From positions 36,892,001-36,956,000 of the forward strand of contig CM097885.1 in the NCBI GenBank assembly GCA_044892525.1: 64,000 nucleotides of DNA, in the 5' to 3' direction. The DNA comes from Schmidtea polychroa. Its lineage: Eukaryota. The notes under the pieces were generated by a model. The model searched no databases. It was not told the origin of the DNA and saw only the letters and a list, made by a program, of their open reading frames with translations. Made by a program: the position numbers and the translations under genes. The stretch's first letter is position 1, and every line of letters begins with the position of its first letter. Below, one piece after another: positions 32,650 through 45,652 of the stretch.

Positions 32650-34235
32650 CTTACTTTAATTTACTTTAATTTACTTATTTAAAAAATTATTACTTTAATT
32701 TACTTATTTAACTTTAATTTTAATTTTTTACTTTGATTACTTAATTTTAAAATTTGGACCATTATTTACTGTAATTTAATTTTTAGAACCTTAATTTACT
32801 TTATTTTAATTTTTTAGAACCTTAATTTACTTTAATTTAATTTTTAGAACCATTATTTACTTTAATTTAAAAATTTGGACCTTAATTAACTTTAATTTAA
32901 AATTTAGAACCATTATTTACTTTAATTTAAATTTTTGGACCATTATTTACTGTAATTTAATTTTTTAGACCATAATTTACTGTAATATAATTTTTTAGAA
33001 CCATAATTTACTGTAATTTAATTTTTTGGACCATAATTTACTGTATTTGAAAAATTTTGACCATAATTTACTATAATTTAATTTTTAGAACCATTATTTA
33101 CTTTAATTTAAAAATTTGGACCATTATTTACTTTAATTGAAAAATTTACCACGTTTTTTAGTGTAGACCACCTTTTTCTCAGGACCAAGGAGACCCACCT
33201 TAATTTAATTCGAAAAATCTGTGCTTTTTTTAGTGATAGTCGGATTTTTGTATTGAAAATATCCTGAGACCTTAATTTACCACGTTTTTTAGTGTAGACC
33301 ACCTTTTTCTCAGGACCAAGGAGACCCGCCTCACTTTAGTCTGAAAAATCCTTGGCTTTTTTAGTGGTAGTCGGATTTTTGTATTGAAATTCCCAGGACC
33401 ATCGTTTTTGTATTGAAAAAAATTTTTTGTATTGAAAATCCCAGGACCATCGTTTTTAAATTGAAAAAATTTTATTTGTATTGAAAATCCCAGGACCATC
33501 GAGACCCCCTCACTATAGTCTGAAAAATCCTTGGCTTTTTTAGTGTAGACCACCTATTTGTATTGAAAATATCCTGAGACCTTAAATTACCATGCTTTTT
33601 TAGTGTAGACCACCTATTTCTCAGGACCAAGGAGACTCACCTCACTATAGCGTGATAAATCCTTGGCTTTTTTATTGATAGTAGGATTTTTGTATAGAAA
33701 AAAATTTTTTGTATTGAAAATCCCAGGACCATCGAGACCCCCTCACTATAGTGTGAAAATTCCATGCTTTTTTAGTGGTAGTCGGATTTTTGTATTGAAA
33801 ATATCCTGAGACCTTAAATTACCACGTTTTTAGTGTAGACCACCTATTTCTCAGGACCAAGGAGACCCACCTCACTATAGTCTGAAAAATTCTATGCTTT
33901 TTTAGTGAGACCGCCTTTTTGTATTGAAAAAATTTTATTTGTATTGAAAATCCCAGGAACATCGAGACCCCCTCACTATAGTCTGAAAATTCCTTGGCTT
34001 TTTTAGTGGTAGTCGGATTTTTGTATTGAAAAAATTTTATTTGTATTGAAAATCCCAGGACCATCGTTTTTGTATAGAAAAAATTTTTTTGTATTGAAAA
34101 TCCCAGGACCATCGTTTTTGTATAGAAAAAATTTTTTTGTATTGAAAATTCCAGGACCATCGTTTTTGTATTGAAAAAATTTTTTTGTATTGAAAATCCC
34201 AGGACCATCGAGACCCCCTCACTATAGTCTGAAAA
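32650..34235. repeat. Subterminal tandem arrays of the palindrome arm (~31-bp AT-rich unit, then composite GTATTGAAAATCCCAGGACCATCG / GAGACCCCCTCACTATAG units)
   Basis: Direct reading of repeated units. Confidence 0.85.
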
Positions 34236-36000
34236 ATTGCGTAATCAAAAGTTGCAGCAAAAAAATTACGGCAGCAGGGGAGCTACTATCTACCTACTAG
34301 GGTTAATTGGGGTTACTTGGCTTTAAGTTTTGACAATGAAATAATGATAAACCAGATATATTCCAGAATTGGATAATCTCGATCTAGTTCATGAAATCTT
34401 TGTTGAATGAGTTTTTTTAATTTGATTCTTCGTTAGATTTTTGGTATTTTTTTTTGTATTAGCCCGAATATAATGCGACAATTTTTAACATTTTATTTTC
34501 ATTAAATTTTGGTTTAAATTAATTAAATTTTTTGTCATGAATATAACCTATGTATTACTTTTAATTACCTAACCAAACGCTTATCTGATTGAATTTCCCT
34601 TAATTTTAATTCTTTTATGAGCATTTTTTTTATAAATTCGGGGTCGCGTTATATTCGGTCTAATCTATACCTGTCCCGTTTTCCCAATTCGATTTCGATG
34701 ATTTTACAATTTATTGATTTTTCTCGGATTTCCGGATTCTTGCCTTTCGCAATTGCTTTTGGAATTTTCTAATACTGCTTCCATCACACTTTCCTTTACT
34801 ATCAATTCTGTGCATGATCACGCTTTTATTTGTCTTTTTCTTCATTTACTTTTATTTAAATTTTCAACCTAAATTTAAATTTATTTTAATTTACAGACCT
34901 CAACAATAATAATAATACTTTGAACTTGTATTTGAAAATAATAATAATATTGCGGCATGTTTAGTGTGAGAAGTACCCTTGTGACCATTACCCATAAAGG
35001 GACAAAATATCTTGTCGAATAGACTCATGGTATATATAATATTCACCGCGCGCGTTTTAAAATAAGTTATCAAATAATAAAATTTATTGGCGGGAATTCT
35101 CAATAATCAACTTTGAGTTCGCGAACCCCTATTTTTAAAGTCGATTTGACTTCAATAATTTTTATAACAATTTTCAATTCTTAAAAGTTGTTGAATTATT
35201 CATTATTTATTGCTTCTGTTATATATAGACACACATACACAATTTCAGAGCAATATACATATTTTTCATAAATTTAAATTAAATAACATGCATTTTCTTA
35301 AAATTTCTGATTTTGTCATTATTTATTGCCACTTACACCCATTCATGCACACAATCACTTCAGATCTCGATTCGAAATATAATACAAAGACATGAACAAT
35401 ACAAATACAATTTGAACAAAGACATGCAATACAAGTGCATGACTAACATGTAGACTCCTAAATGATATATAATTTGTGTGTGTGTGTGTGTGTGCGTAAA
35501 ACTTTCCATTATTTACACCCGTTTCCACATGTTAAAAGTCTCTATACACCTAACCGCGAAAGTTAACATTGTCTATAATATACGTTGGTGTGCACACCAC
35601 CTGAGGTGAGTCACCAATTATATGACAATGTTAACTTAATTTCATTTATTCTATTTTTCAAAAATCATTTTAAGGTAAGTTTTTGAATTGAAGTAATTTT
35701 TAGGACTTGAATTTTGATTTTATATAATTATGAGATCATTATTCAAGTTCTTAAATATTACTGTTAGTCATCATTTATAATTTATCATTTATAAATATAT
35801 TAATAATTAAATTTCAGGTGTTTTTTTAGGAAATTTATGATATTTTATGCATTAATATGGAATTATTTCGCTAAAATGTAAGTTAAATATTTTTATATTT
35901 ATAAATAAATAAAGTAATCACCATACACATTTATTTTTTTAATACATTTAGGGAAAAATCGGCGTACATGAACGAAATAGTTTTTTAAATTTTTATAATC

Positions 36001-36616
36001 TTAAATTTTTATAAGCATTTCTTCTAACGTTGCATAAAAATTGGCTTCGACAAAATCCAACAAATTATTTCCCTGTTCTTCTGAAATAATTTGTTTTCTG
36101 CCACTTCTTTTTCCTTTTGTAATTTCGGCATATTTCTTATATTTGTAAATTATTGAAATAATTGAATTTTTGGGGATTCCGAGCAATCTTCCAAATTCTT
36201 TATAATTTTCCCCATTTTCAAATGCATTAATAAGCCGAATTTTGTCTATTTCTGTAATTCTTTGAAAATATTAATTTGTTAAAATAATTTATTAAAATTT
36301 ACGATTTGCGATTTTTTTCTTGCAAATTCGAAGTTGTCGAAGGACCTTCTTCAATATTTGAAATGGTACCTTCACGCAAAGAAATATCTGTTATACTGTA
36401 AAATATTTTAATATTTTATATTTTAATGAATAAATCTTACATTGTCAGATCTTCAACTTCGCAAAAAGCCACTGTGTCCTGTGAAATATCTGTAAATCTA
36501 AAGAAATTTTATATTCCAAATTATTTTATAATTAAATCTTACGATGTATCTTCTTTTTTTTCCCTAAAGCTCAACGTAGAGCAGTCGGAATCTGATTCAA
36601 AAGTTTTTTTGTACAT
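36001..36616 (-). CDS. Four-exon HTH-only protein derived from the IS630/Tc1 transposase DNA-binding domain (~160 aa)
   Basis: GT-AG introns at 36498-36542, 36396-36440 and 36260-36302 splice in frame to give MYKKTFESDS...KSITEIDKIRLINAFENGENYKEFGRLLGIPKNSIISIIYKYKK...KRSGRKQIISEE...ATLEEM; no DDE domain. Confidence 0.6.
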
Positions 36617-37314
36617 AATTTTTTAAATAATTTAAAAATATTGATATGTTAATTATATGTTAATCAATCTGAATTTCGCATGAAAAACACTTTACTTAAT
36701 TTGGTATGTATTTTTCATTATGTGTGCTGTGCTTGTATGCTTAATTATTTTCTCTCACTTTTTAGATTCCTATAATAAATATGTTAAATTTCGCGGCATT
36801 AAATTTCTACACACAGGTAAGTTTGTGTGTTCCTATAATATATATTTATTGATTTTTTTTTAGATTATAGATAATGTTATATTTCGCGGTTAGGTGTAAT
36901 GCATGTTGGTGTGTTCATCAATCGATGACTCACCATTTATGAGAATGTTTATTTCATTTTTTCATTCTCAATTCAATTTTATTTATGGTTTTAGAAGTAA
37001 GTTTTTTAAATTTAAGTATATTTTAAGGCTTGAATTTTGATTTTATATAATTATGAGATCATTATTCAAGCTCTTAAATATTACTTGTAATCAGCATTTA
37101 TAATATATTGATAATTAAATTTCAGGTGCTTTTTTAGGGATTTTATGATATGTTATGAATTTGGAATTATTTCAATAAAATGTAAGTTATATATATTTTT
37201 AACTAAAAAGAAATAAAATAATCACCAAACACATTTATTTTTTTAAGACATTTAGGCGTATATGGATAAAATTGTTTTTTAAGTTTTTGTTATCTTCTTT
37301 CTCCAGCTCATTTT

Positions 37315-37720
37315 TAATAGCCTCTTTGACGATGTAGACGGATTTTGTCATTTTCTGAAATTCTTTGAAAATATTATTTTTTTTAAATAAGTTATTAAAA
37401 TTTACGATTTTCGAATTTTTTTCTTCAATTCCAAAGATGTCGATGGAACTTGTTGAATATCTTCACACAAAGGCGTTTGACTAGAAATATCTGATATGCT
37501 GTAAAATATTTTAATTATTTGTAATTAAATAAAAAAATTCTTACATTGTCAGACCTTCACCTTCGCAAAATGGAAATGTCTCCAAAGAAATATCTGAATA
37601 TCTAAAGAAATATTAACTTCAAAAATATTTTATAAATAGATCTTACGATGTTTTGTCGTCCATTTCTCGAAAACTCAAAGTTGAGTTGTCAGATTCAAAA
37701 TCCAAATTTTTTTCAGCCAT
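37315..37720 (-). pseudogene. Paralogue of the HTH gene with the same three introns but the HTH deleted
   Basis: MAEKNLDFESDNSTLSFREMDDKTS...KSISENDKIRL then diverges and stops; same intron phases as the first copy. Confidence 0.55.
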
Positions 37721-38100
37721 GAATTTTAATAATTTTAAATTAATGATATGTTAACAGTATGTTAATGACTCTCTACTTTCGGAATAAAAAAAGCTATATT
37801 AAATTTGCGTGTATTTTATATTATGTGTGCTGTGTTTGTATGTAAAATTATTTTTCTGTCACTTTCTCAATTCCTATAATAAAACTTTTAACATTCGGAA
37901 CATTAAATTTTTGCACACAGGTAAGTTTGTGTGTTGCTATAATATAATTTTATCGATTTTTTTTGAGATTATAGAAACTCTTATATTGTGGATTTAGGTG
38001 TATAGCCCCTTGCAAACACACAATAATTCTCTACCCCATAATTTTAAGTATGTATGTAAAAATAAATATTTTAAGTTTTCACTAATAAATAATAATTTTG

Positions 38101-38157
<57 letters not shown>

Positions 38158-38233
38158 TTAGTAATAATAATAGTAATATTAATAATAATAATAAATCCCG
38201 CCCACGTGTAATAGGCTTTTGAATTAAGTTTTG

Positions 38234-38311
<78 letters not shown>

Positions 38312-38319
38312 GTTTTAAA

Positions 38320-38560
38320 ATTATGATCATTGGACCCTTTGAGGGTATGACCATCATACTCATCTATCAATTACATTTTGTTTGATATACATATTATAAG
38401 GTTTAAAAAATTTGAACCTTGGACCCTTCTAGGGTATGACCTTCGAACTCACCATCAAAAGTTCTTTGGAATGATATATATATTATAACGTTTTGTAGGT
38501 TATTGACCCACCATAAACCTTCGAGGGTATGACCATCATACTCGCCTATCAAAAAACCTT
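38320..38560. repeat. ~90-100 bp tandem repeat (GAGGGTATGACCATCATACTC core) after (AAT)n and (TA)n tracts
   Basis: Three visible copies. Confidence 0.7.
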
Positions 38561-40229
38561 TCGAATGATACGCTTGGTTGAATGTTTTATCTTATTTGAC
38601 CTTTGGAAATTCACATTTTAAATGAGTCACCCTAAGAGTCATTGATGAGTTACCCGATGAGGCATTTCGATGAGTCATAAAATTTTTAAAAAATTTCTAA
38701 CGGGGGGTAGGGGATATACCTCTAATGTATGTGAATACTTGTTTACACAAGGAGAAACAGAGTCAGGCTTGCCAAAATAGTACGAAATGCCTAATAGTAC
38801 GTAGTTATAAAGTTGAGTATTATCACTCTTCACTAAGATCCAATTCAATTTTCTATCTGCGTGGTCCTATTGGCGGGGGCCCTTTTAACAGCAGTCGTTT
38901 TTGCCAAGGGGCTTTATATCAGAGGTCCTTTTGTCGGGGGTCTTTATATCGGGGCCATTTATGTCCCGGCCATCTTTATGTCTGGGACCGTTTTGCCGTG
39001 GCCGCTTTATCCCCGGCCCTTTTGACGGGGTACCCACAATCCCTTATCATTAGTCCTAAATACTTCTCAAGCTATTTATATTTTATTTTTTTGTAGTCTA
39101 GTTTTCATGTTTGTTCTCTTGGATAGAATTTTATATATATATATTGTTTATTTTGTTTAAATTTTGTTTAGTTTTTATTTTTTCTCTACATTTTTATCCA
39201 TTTTTATTTTTTTAATAAATATTGCTATGTTAATTACATGGTTCTATAAACTGCCGTTAATATGCGCTGCTACCCAATTCGTTTAACTAAAAACGATAGC
39301 TCTGCTTATCGATAAAAGGGGAATGCTATATACTATGTCAAAGATGTGATTGACCTTGACATCACATGTTAACATATTTATATTATTAGGTTTTAAAATT
39401 ATGAACTTTGGGCCCTTCGAGGGAAGGAACACGAGAAAAAACGCATATCGCAGGCCTCCGGCCGGCTCGCATCATTTAAGACACTCACCTTTAATGAAGT
39501 AATTAACTCATCTTTGCCTATATCAGATGATCTTAACACTTGCTCTACCGCTTCGGTTGAATCTAATGTCTCTTCATCTTCTAAAACTGCAAATTCTGAC
39601 TTTCCAACCACATCTATACAAATTGGTTATTCTACTGAAAACGTAACTCCTCATCTCAATCCAAACAACCATCGTAAACGTCACTACTCGGTCATCTCTT
39701 AATAACCTTCCATCGCCTTATTAAGAAAATCATAAAAACTAATGTTCTTAAAAAAAATTTTAAAGATAATAATTATACTACTTACTATAAAAATCTTTAT
39801 AATAAAACAAATAATGAGAAATTTTATTATAAAAATAAATTATCCTCCTCAATAGTAATTACGGACGAATCATGTGTCGTCCCTGCACACATTAAACCCT
39901 CACCCTTTAATGACACGGACGATAGTTGCTCCAATGAGGAATCTGAATGCTCTTCATTCACGTTACCCAATAACAATTCTTACCTATCGACTTCTTCCTC
40001 CCAAAGCAACCTAGACAACATCCATTATAACTGTGCTATTGACGATATAGTTGACTTCCTTGGTGTTGACAAATTAACTTCTATAAATCCTGTCAACCAC
40101 GTTTCTTCTAATGGAAATAATTCCAACGCTGCTGATCTTTTCAACTCTGACATAGTTGATGTTTACTTATCTGATACTCCAACACCAACTCACTCATCAC
40201 CTATTAGAAGGTCAGGCCTGAGATTGGAG

Positions 40230-40635
40230 GACGTTCCTTCAGGTATTTTATCAATGTCCACATCAAAGTTTTTGGAGATAAAAATTTCTGCAGCTTGTAG
40301 GACATTATCATGTTTATTTCTGCGTGCATTTATCCTAGCTTGGCAGTGGTTAAAGATGTGCGCAGGTGTCTCAGGATGGGCATGAAAATGCCTTCAAAGA
40401 ATAGATTTTTTGGTTTTAAGGCGGTGAGGCGAGTAGTTAAGTTTCAAGATGTTATTACGAGCCCTTATTATGAAGAGAAATTGAGCATCAGGAAGAATGT
40501 CATTTTTAAAGAAGCAATTAGCTATGCTACTCTCCCCAATTGCTTTTGCTATGTAACCTTGGCATTTCAACCTAGCTCAGCGTTCAGCATGAATAAGACC
40601 TATGATATTGTGGATTTCGGAAGAAGTGTCCTTTA
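40230..40635 (-). pseudogene. RLE-clade (R2/NeSL-like) non-LTR retrotransposon fragment, C-terminal zinc-knuckle region
   Basis: Minus frame FLFIIRARNNIL...HPETPAHIFNHCQARINARRNKHDNVL fits the ETxxHIxxxC...RHxxV signature. Confidence 0.65.
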
Positions 40636-40959
40636 AAAAAAAAATCAAATTTTATTTTACACTACAATAAGGCCACTCGGGCAAAAGGGCAGATTGACTC
40701 TCAACCCTTAATGATTCAAAAATAGTTCTGCCTCTTCCGAAAGAACGCTGTGCTTGGAGCTCGAGCGTTAAACTTGATAATTTGTACGAATGTTAGGATA
40801 AAGTGGATTGAATCCATTTGATCTGATTATTTGTTTGGTTGGATTGATTTGAGCATATTGTAATGCAACTGATTATTGATTTACTTGTTTGATGTTCTTG
40901 ATCAGCATTGAAAGTTATGGATGCGGGTGGAGATGGTTTGGTTATGGATGCGAGTGGAG

Positions 40960-41490
40960 ATAGTATAGTGATGGAAGGTAGTAATATAGTGATGGAAGGT
41001 AGTGATATAGTGATGGAAGGTAGTGGTATAGTGATGGAAGGTACAGTGGAAAAGTGATGAAAGGTATAGTGAAGGAAGGCGTAGTAGTATAGTCTCCATG
41101 GTATGGTGGCATGGTGATGGTTATTAAAATATTGTTTACAATAAATATTGTTTAAGAGACAACAAAAAACATAACAAAAAATAGGTCAAGACAAGTAGAA
41201 CATCAGGAGCTGGTAGATATGCTTCGTTGGTGGAATATTAATCATCGTTGGTGGAATGTTAATCATCGTTGGTGGCATATTAATCATCGTTGGTGGCATA
41301 TTAATCATCGTTTGTGGCATATTAATCATCGTTGGTGGCATATTAATCATCGTTGGTTGAATGTTAATCATGTTTGGTTGAATGTTAATTATCTTTGGTT
41401 GAATGTTAATCATCTATGGTGGCATATTAATCATCTTTGGTGGTGGTATATTAATCATCATCGTTGATGACATATTAATCATTGTTGGTG
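40960..41490. repeat. Two 21-bp minisatellites (TATAGTGATGGAAGGTAG.. and GGTGGCATATTAATCATCGTT)
   Basis: Direct reading. Confidence 0.85.
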
Positions 41491-41699
41491 GAATGTTAAA
41501 AAGTTTTTTTTCTCTTTAAGCTAAATGTAAATATTAGTAAAGCGAATCGGCCGATAGGCCGATGAGCTGCGTTTAAAAATCCTAGCAGTGAAGTAATTAA
41601 TACGATCTCTGTTATTTAAGTCTGTTATTTAAAGTTATTTAAGTCCATTCACATTCTTGACATTAAAGTTCCCTTTGACTCAAGGGAAAACTATATTAA

Positions 41700-41937
41700 C
41701 GCTAGGAAAAACAATTACGAAAAATATAAAGAGCTTGGTGACGTCTACATAAATGCTCGCACACTGTACATGCCCTCGTAGTGGGCACCCTTGGCTCATG
41801 GGATAAAGAGAATGATCCTATACTTAGGATCATTGGTCTATCTAACCCCGAGATCAGAAGCCTAGCAAAGAAATCATGCACTTCGGCCATCAATAGCAGC
41901 TACCAGATCTACAGGCAGCATATATACAAAGACTAGG
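41700..41937 (+). pseudogene. RLE endonuclease C-terminal fragment of a NeSL/R2-like non-LTR element
   Basis: KNNYEKYKELG...(frameshift) TVHALVVGTLGSWDKENDPIL...SAINSSYQIYRQH matches the KxxKY...VGxLGSW signature. Confidence 0.7.
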
Positions 41938-43813
41938 AATATATCATTTATATACTTAATATGTATAAAAAGCATCTCTTATCTATTTGTTCTTTATGGT
42001 TATTATATTTGCATATGTGCCAACTATAACTTTTATCATGAAACTTTATTACTCAAAACATATTATATCTATCCTTATAATTACTATATAATTTTACTCA
42101 CTTATTATTTTATAAACTACTTATATTACTTATTTATCTGCATAATAATTTTCTATGTATTATACATTCATTCTTATATGAATATATGTGTTTTCCACTC
42201 TCTTTGGGTAAATGTAGGAATCCTTGTAGGGATTTCGCCCCAAGATGAGTGACTTTTGTCTTCTTATCATTATTATATTAACTCATAACCTTAACAATTC
42301 TTTCTTATCTTTATTATATTATGTATATCAATATTCTCGCTACAAACATCACATATGAGTCTTTCTACTCAAATCTTAATACCAAAAACCTTAAGCCTGC
42401 CGAAAAATATGCAAATGACTACGAACTTATCAGATGGAAGCTATCTCCTAATCAACCTCGTAACTGGATACCAGCAGGCTCAATATTATTGAACTAAAGT
42501 TGTCCAAACCGAAAATCAAATGGACCCAAAAGTCTATGGCTTGCCATGATTATTTTATGTACTTTTTCTTGCCGGACGGAAACCAAATACGAAACCTGAT
42601 GAAATGAAACAGATGACTTATCCCAAATATATGAATGGATCCTAAAGGCCGTGCTTCACAATGATTATTGACTGCCCAACGCATGTCGAAGAAAAAACCA
42701 CCGTACTAACGACCGAGCCTTGGCTTATCGTTTAGAGAGAAGAAATCAGGAGTTTTAGAATTTTAAGGGTGAGAATCTCTCCCCTTCAGCCTTAACAAGG
42801 CAGTTTATTTGTTAAAATAAAATTTGATTTTTTTTATTATGTAAAAATAGTTTGCGAACCTGATGTAATCATTTTGAAATATCCTCGCATATTTATTAGT
42901 AATTTGTATTTAAATGAATAAGTTGTTAATTTGCACGTTATCTTAACAAAAATGATGAGTTTCAAATGAGGGGCTATAACACAAAAATTATTAAGCTTTT
43001 TCAATGGTGAGATTCGTTGGATTTCCAAATCAGACTCATTGTGAACGGAATCCAGAGCCTTTTACTGTAATCAATAAATATATTCTACAATTTCTCTACT
43101 GAACGCAAGAAGCTAGATTCAGAGCTATTTTGTATCGAAACTTTACTGATATTCAAATGTTAATAGCTATGAGAATAGAGAAATAATTTTTCTTAAAATA
43201 AATAATTTCTGCGCATAATGGCAGCTTCTAGCATATCTGAACCATTCGGTAACACCACAAAATCAGCAAGACATTTCTTCAAAAGTTAAGTTACAATATT
43301 ACGTCAGAAATTATCAATTTTTAAGATAATTTTGCTTGCTATAAGAACATTAAAAAACAAATTAATTGATAATAATGATAAATATTTCACATTTTATTCC
43401 CGAATAATTTATTGCAACTTTATCTAAAAATAATCTTATGTTCATCAATCAATTTCATCAATAACAAAGTTCGTACTATTTAATTTTAGTTTTAAAACAT
43501 TTTCGAATTACATATATTTATTATTGTGATTTATATTATTATTATTATTATTATTACAGTGCAAATAATCTGTATTGCAACCAATTTCATTAAGTAATAC
43601 ATTGTGCATACAAACTACAAACATTCCGTTTCATACACACATTACACACAACCAACCATACCAACGTGACAACTGCCAATGTTTGTGTGTATTATCTGAA
43701 TCGTGCATATGGCATGTGTGTATTACGATGCATTTCAATTGATTAAATCACCAATCACACGTAATCATCGTTGTGTTTTATCGATTCACTTAAACCAATT
43801 AATTTTTTCATAG

Positions 43814-44413
43814 ATGAGTAAAGTCAAAGAAAAACCGAAGAAAGTTGTTGTTGTTGGAGATGGGTACGTTGGAAAAACATCACTTCTCAATGCATTTGTA
43901 AAGAAAACCTTTTTTACTGATTACGAGCCCACTGTTTTTGAAACTTCATCTCGCGATGTTAATATTAATGGACAAACAATTACTTTGAATCTATGGGATA
44001 CAGGCGGACAAGAAGATTATGAACATATCCGTATTTTGAGTTATCCGGCTGATTTAATAGTCTTATGTTATGCTGTGGATATTCCATCTAGTCTTAATAA
44101 TATTATTGATATTTGGAAACCGGAATTAGATATTCATTCTCCAAAGGCTCCGATCATTCTTGTCGGATGCAAATCAGATCTTAGAGATCGATATTTCGAT
44201 AATAAACAAAAAACTGCCGAATTAGTATCATCTGAAGATTCCGTTAAGATCCGACAGAATATCGGGGCTAAAGGTCATCTTGAATGTTCATCCAGAACTG
44301 GTTCAAATGTGGAAGCCGTTTTCGATATGGCAGCTGAAATTTTGTTACAAAAATCACATAAGAAGCTGTCATTTTTACGTAAACTTTCGTGTTTTAATTT
44401 TAAATCAAAATAA
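43814..44413 (+). CDS. Rho-family small GTPase (atypical C-terminus)
   Basis: G1 GDGYVGKT, G2 YEPTVFE, G3 LWDTGGQEDY, G4 CKSD, G5 ECSS; Rho-type LSYP motif and insert; intact 199 aa. Confidence 0.93.
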   Translation: MSKVKEKPKKVVVVGDGYVGKTSLLNAFVKKTFFTDYEPTVFETSSRDVNINGQTITLNLWDTGGQEDYEHIRILSYPADLIVLCYAVDIPSSLNNIIDIWKPELDIHSPKAPIILVGCKSDLRDRYFDNKQKTAELVSSEDSVKIRQNIGAKGHLECSSRTGSNVEAVFDMAAEILLQKSHKKLSFLRKLSCFNFKSK

Positions 44414-45217
44414 TATTAAATTTTCAAAATTAGAAATGAAATTCTGTTTATTTCATCCTTATTTAGATATCCATATACATTTATACAACAATCTTAATTG
44501 AATATATTTTTTATTAATTTTGATTATTTTTATTTGTACTTTTCACTAAAAAAATTGAAAAGAATTTGAACAAACTTGTCATTACAATGTATTTCAAATC
44601 ACTGTTGTAAATTATATTCGTAAAATTTTTTGAATTAATATTTAAATTCTTTTTGAGATGGAAAAAATTGAATAAAATTTCTGAACTTTGAATTAATGTT
44701 ATAAAGAAATAAAATCTTTTTGATAAAAAGCTGTTACTATATATTTGGCCTTCATTTTATTACTATTTCCTATTGAATAATTTTAATTTATATATAGTTT
44801 ATAAAGTCTCATTTAATACTAAATAACGGTAAATTTATATGAAAATCTATTAATGTGTTTCTAAAAATATTTCTTACATTTGATTAATAATAGCATCATA
44901 GTTTATTAGATTTATTGCATCGTAAATTAGAAGGTTCTTCAGGGCGGATTCGCCAAATAAGATGGGAAGATTTTGTAATATTTGGCATGTTATGGAAATT
45001 TTATCTTTTATTATTATTTCTTTGATGAAATGAAAGGAATTTAAATTTTGTGAGGATGGAGACGAGTAAAATTCTTGGACATCTTTTGAAAAGCCCTTAA
45101 TATCAATCAATAAGAAAAATATGTTGCGGACGGCCGTAACAAGGATTTGTCCAAGGGAGATCATTAAGCAAAAACAAAATGACATGTATTGAATTTTCTG
45201 CATAATTAATAATTTAA

Positions 45218-45299
45218 CCCTTTAATGGACAATGACGTGTATACACGTCATACTACTGCGTCATACTACAGCAACTAAAAAAGTGCGTCCGCGAAAGGG
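45218..45299. mobile_element. 82-bp piggyBac-type miniature element
   Basis: TTAA on both sides; imperfect TIR CCCTTTAATGGAC / GTCCGCGAAAGGG. Confidence 0.75.
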
Positions 45300-45329
45300 T
45301 TAAAATTTGTTGAGATTTTAAATGATCCC

Positions 45330-45652
45330 CATATACTCAAAAAATGTGATGTTGACTTACATCCTATATAGATATCTTTAATAAATTTTACAAAGTAACA
45401 GTGGATATCGGTCACAATTTTCTGTGTTCAGGTCGTGGGCATATGTGACATCTTCATTGGTAAGAAGTCCTATTAGTATTATTTGTCTATGCTAATGTGA
45501 TACCAATTACGGTTATTGTGGTCTTTAAATTGATGACTTTAAATTAGGGATGGATGATTTTCTAGTTACAAAAGACATACCTAGCTCTTTAGCTAACAGT
45601 TTCTTGAATAGGTTAACTACCAATCAATCTTTTTTTATCACGTTGACATCTA
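45330..45652 (-). pseudogene. Possible Penelope-like GIY-YIG endonuclease remnant
   Basis: Heavily decayed CHICP...IYIGCK on the minus strand. Confidence 0.35.

Larger units (their letters stand above)
35545..38002 (-). mobile_element. TA-flanked TIR element (IS630/Tc1-like) made of two diverged tandem internal units
   Basis: Left TACACCTAACCGCGAAA; inverted copies at ~36864-36898 (TTTCGCGGTTAGGTGTA) and ~37969-38002 (GATTTAGGTGTA); units ~35580-36898 and ~36900-38002 are clearly homologous. Confidence 0.7.

Noticed and set aside
33100..34235. CRISPR-like appearance of repeated units
   Set aside because: Intervening sequences are themselves repeats, there are no unique spacers or cas genes, and the context is eukaryotic.
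34298..34316. TAGGGTT as telomeric repeat
   Set aside because: Single imperfect occurrence, no array.
41545..41590. Hairpin ATCGGCC-GATA-GGCCGAT upstream of CTAG as a Helitron 3' end
   Set aside because: Spacing is long, CTAG is not followed by T, and no matching 5' end was found.
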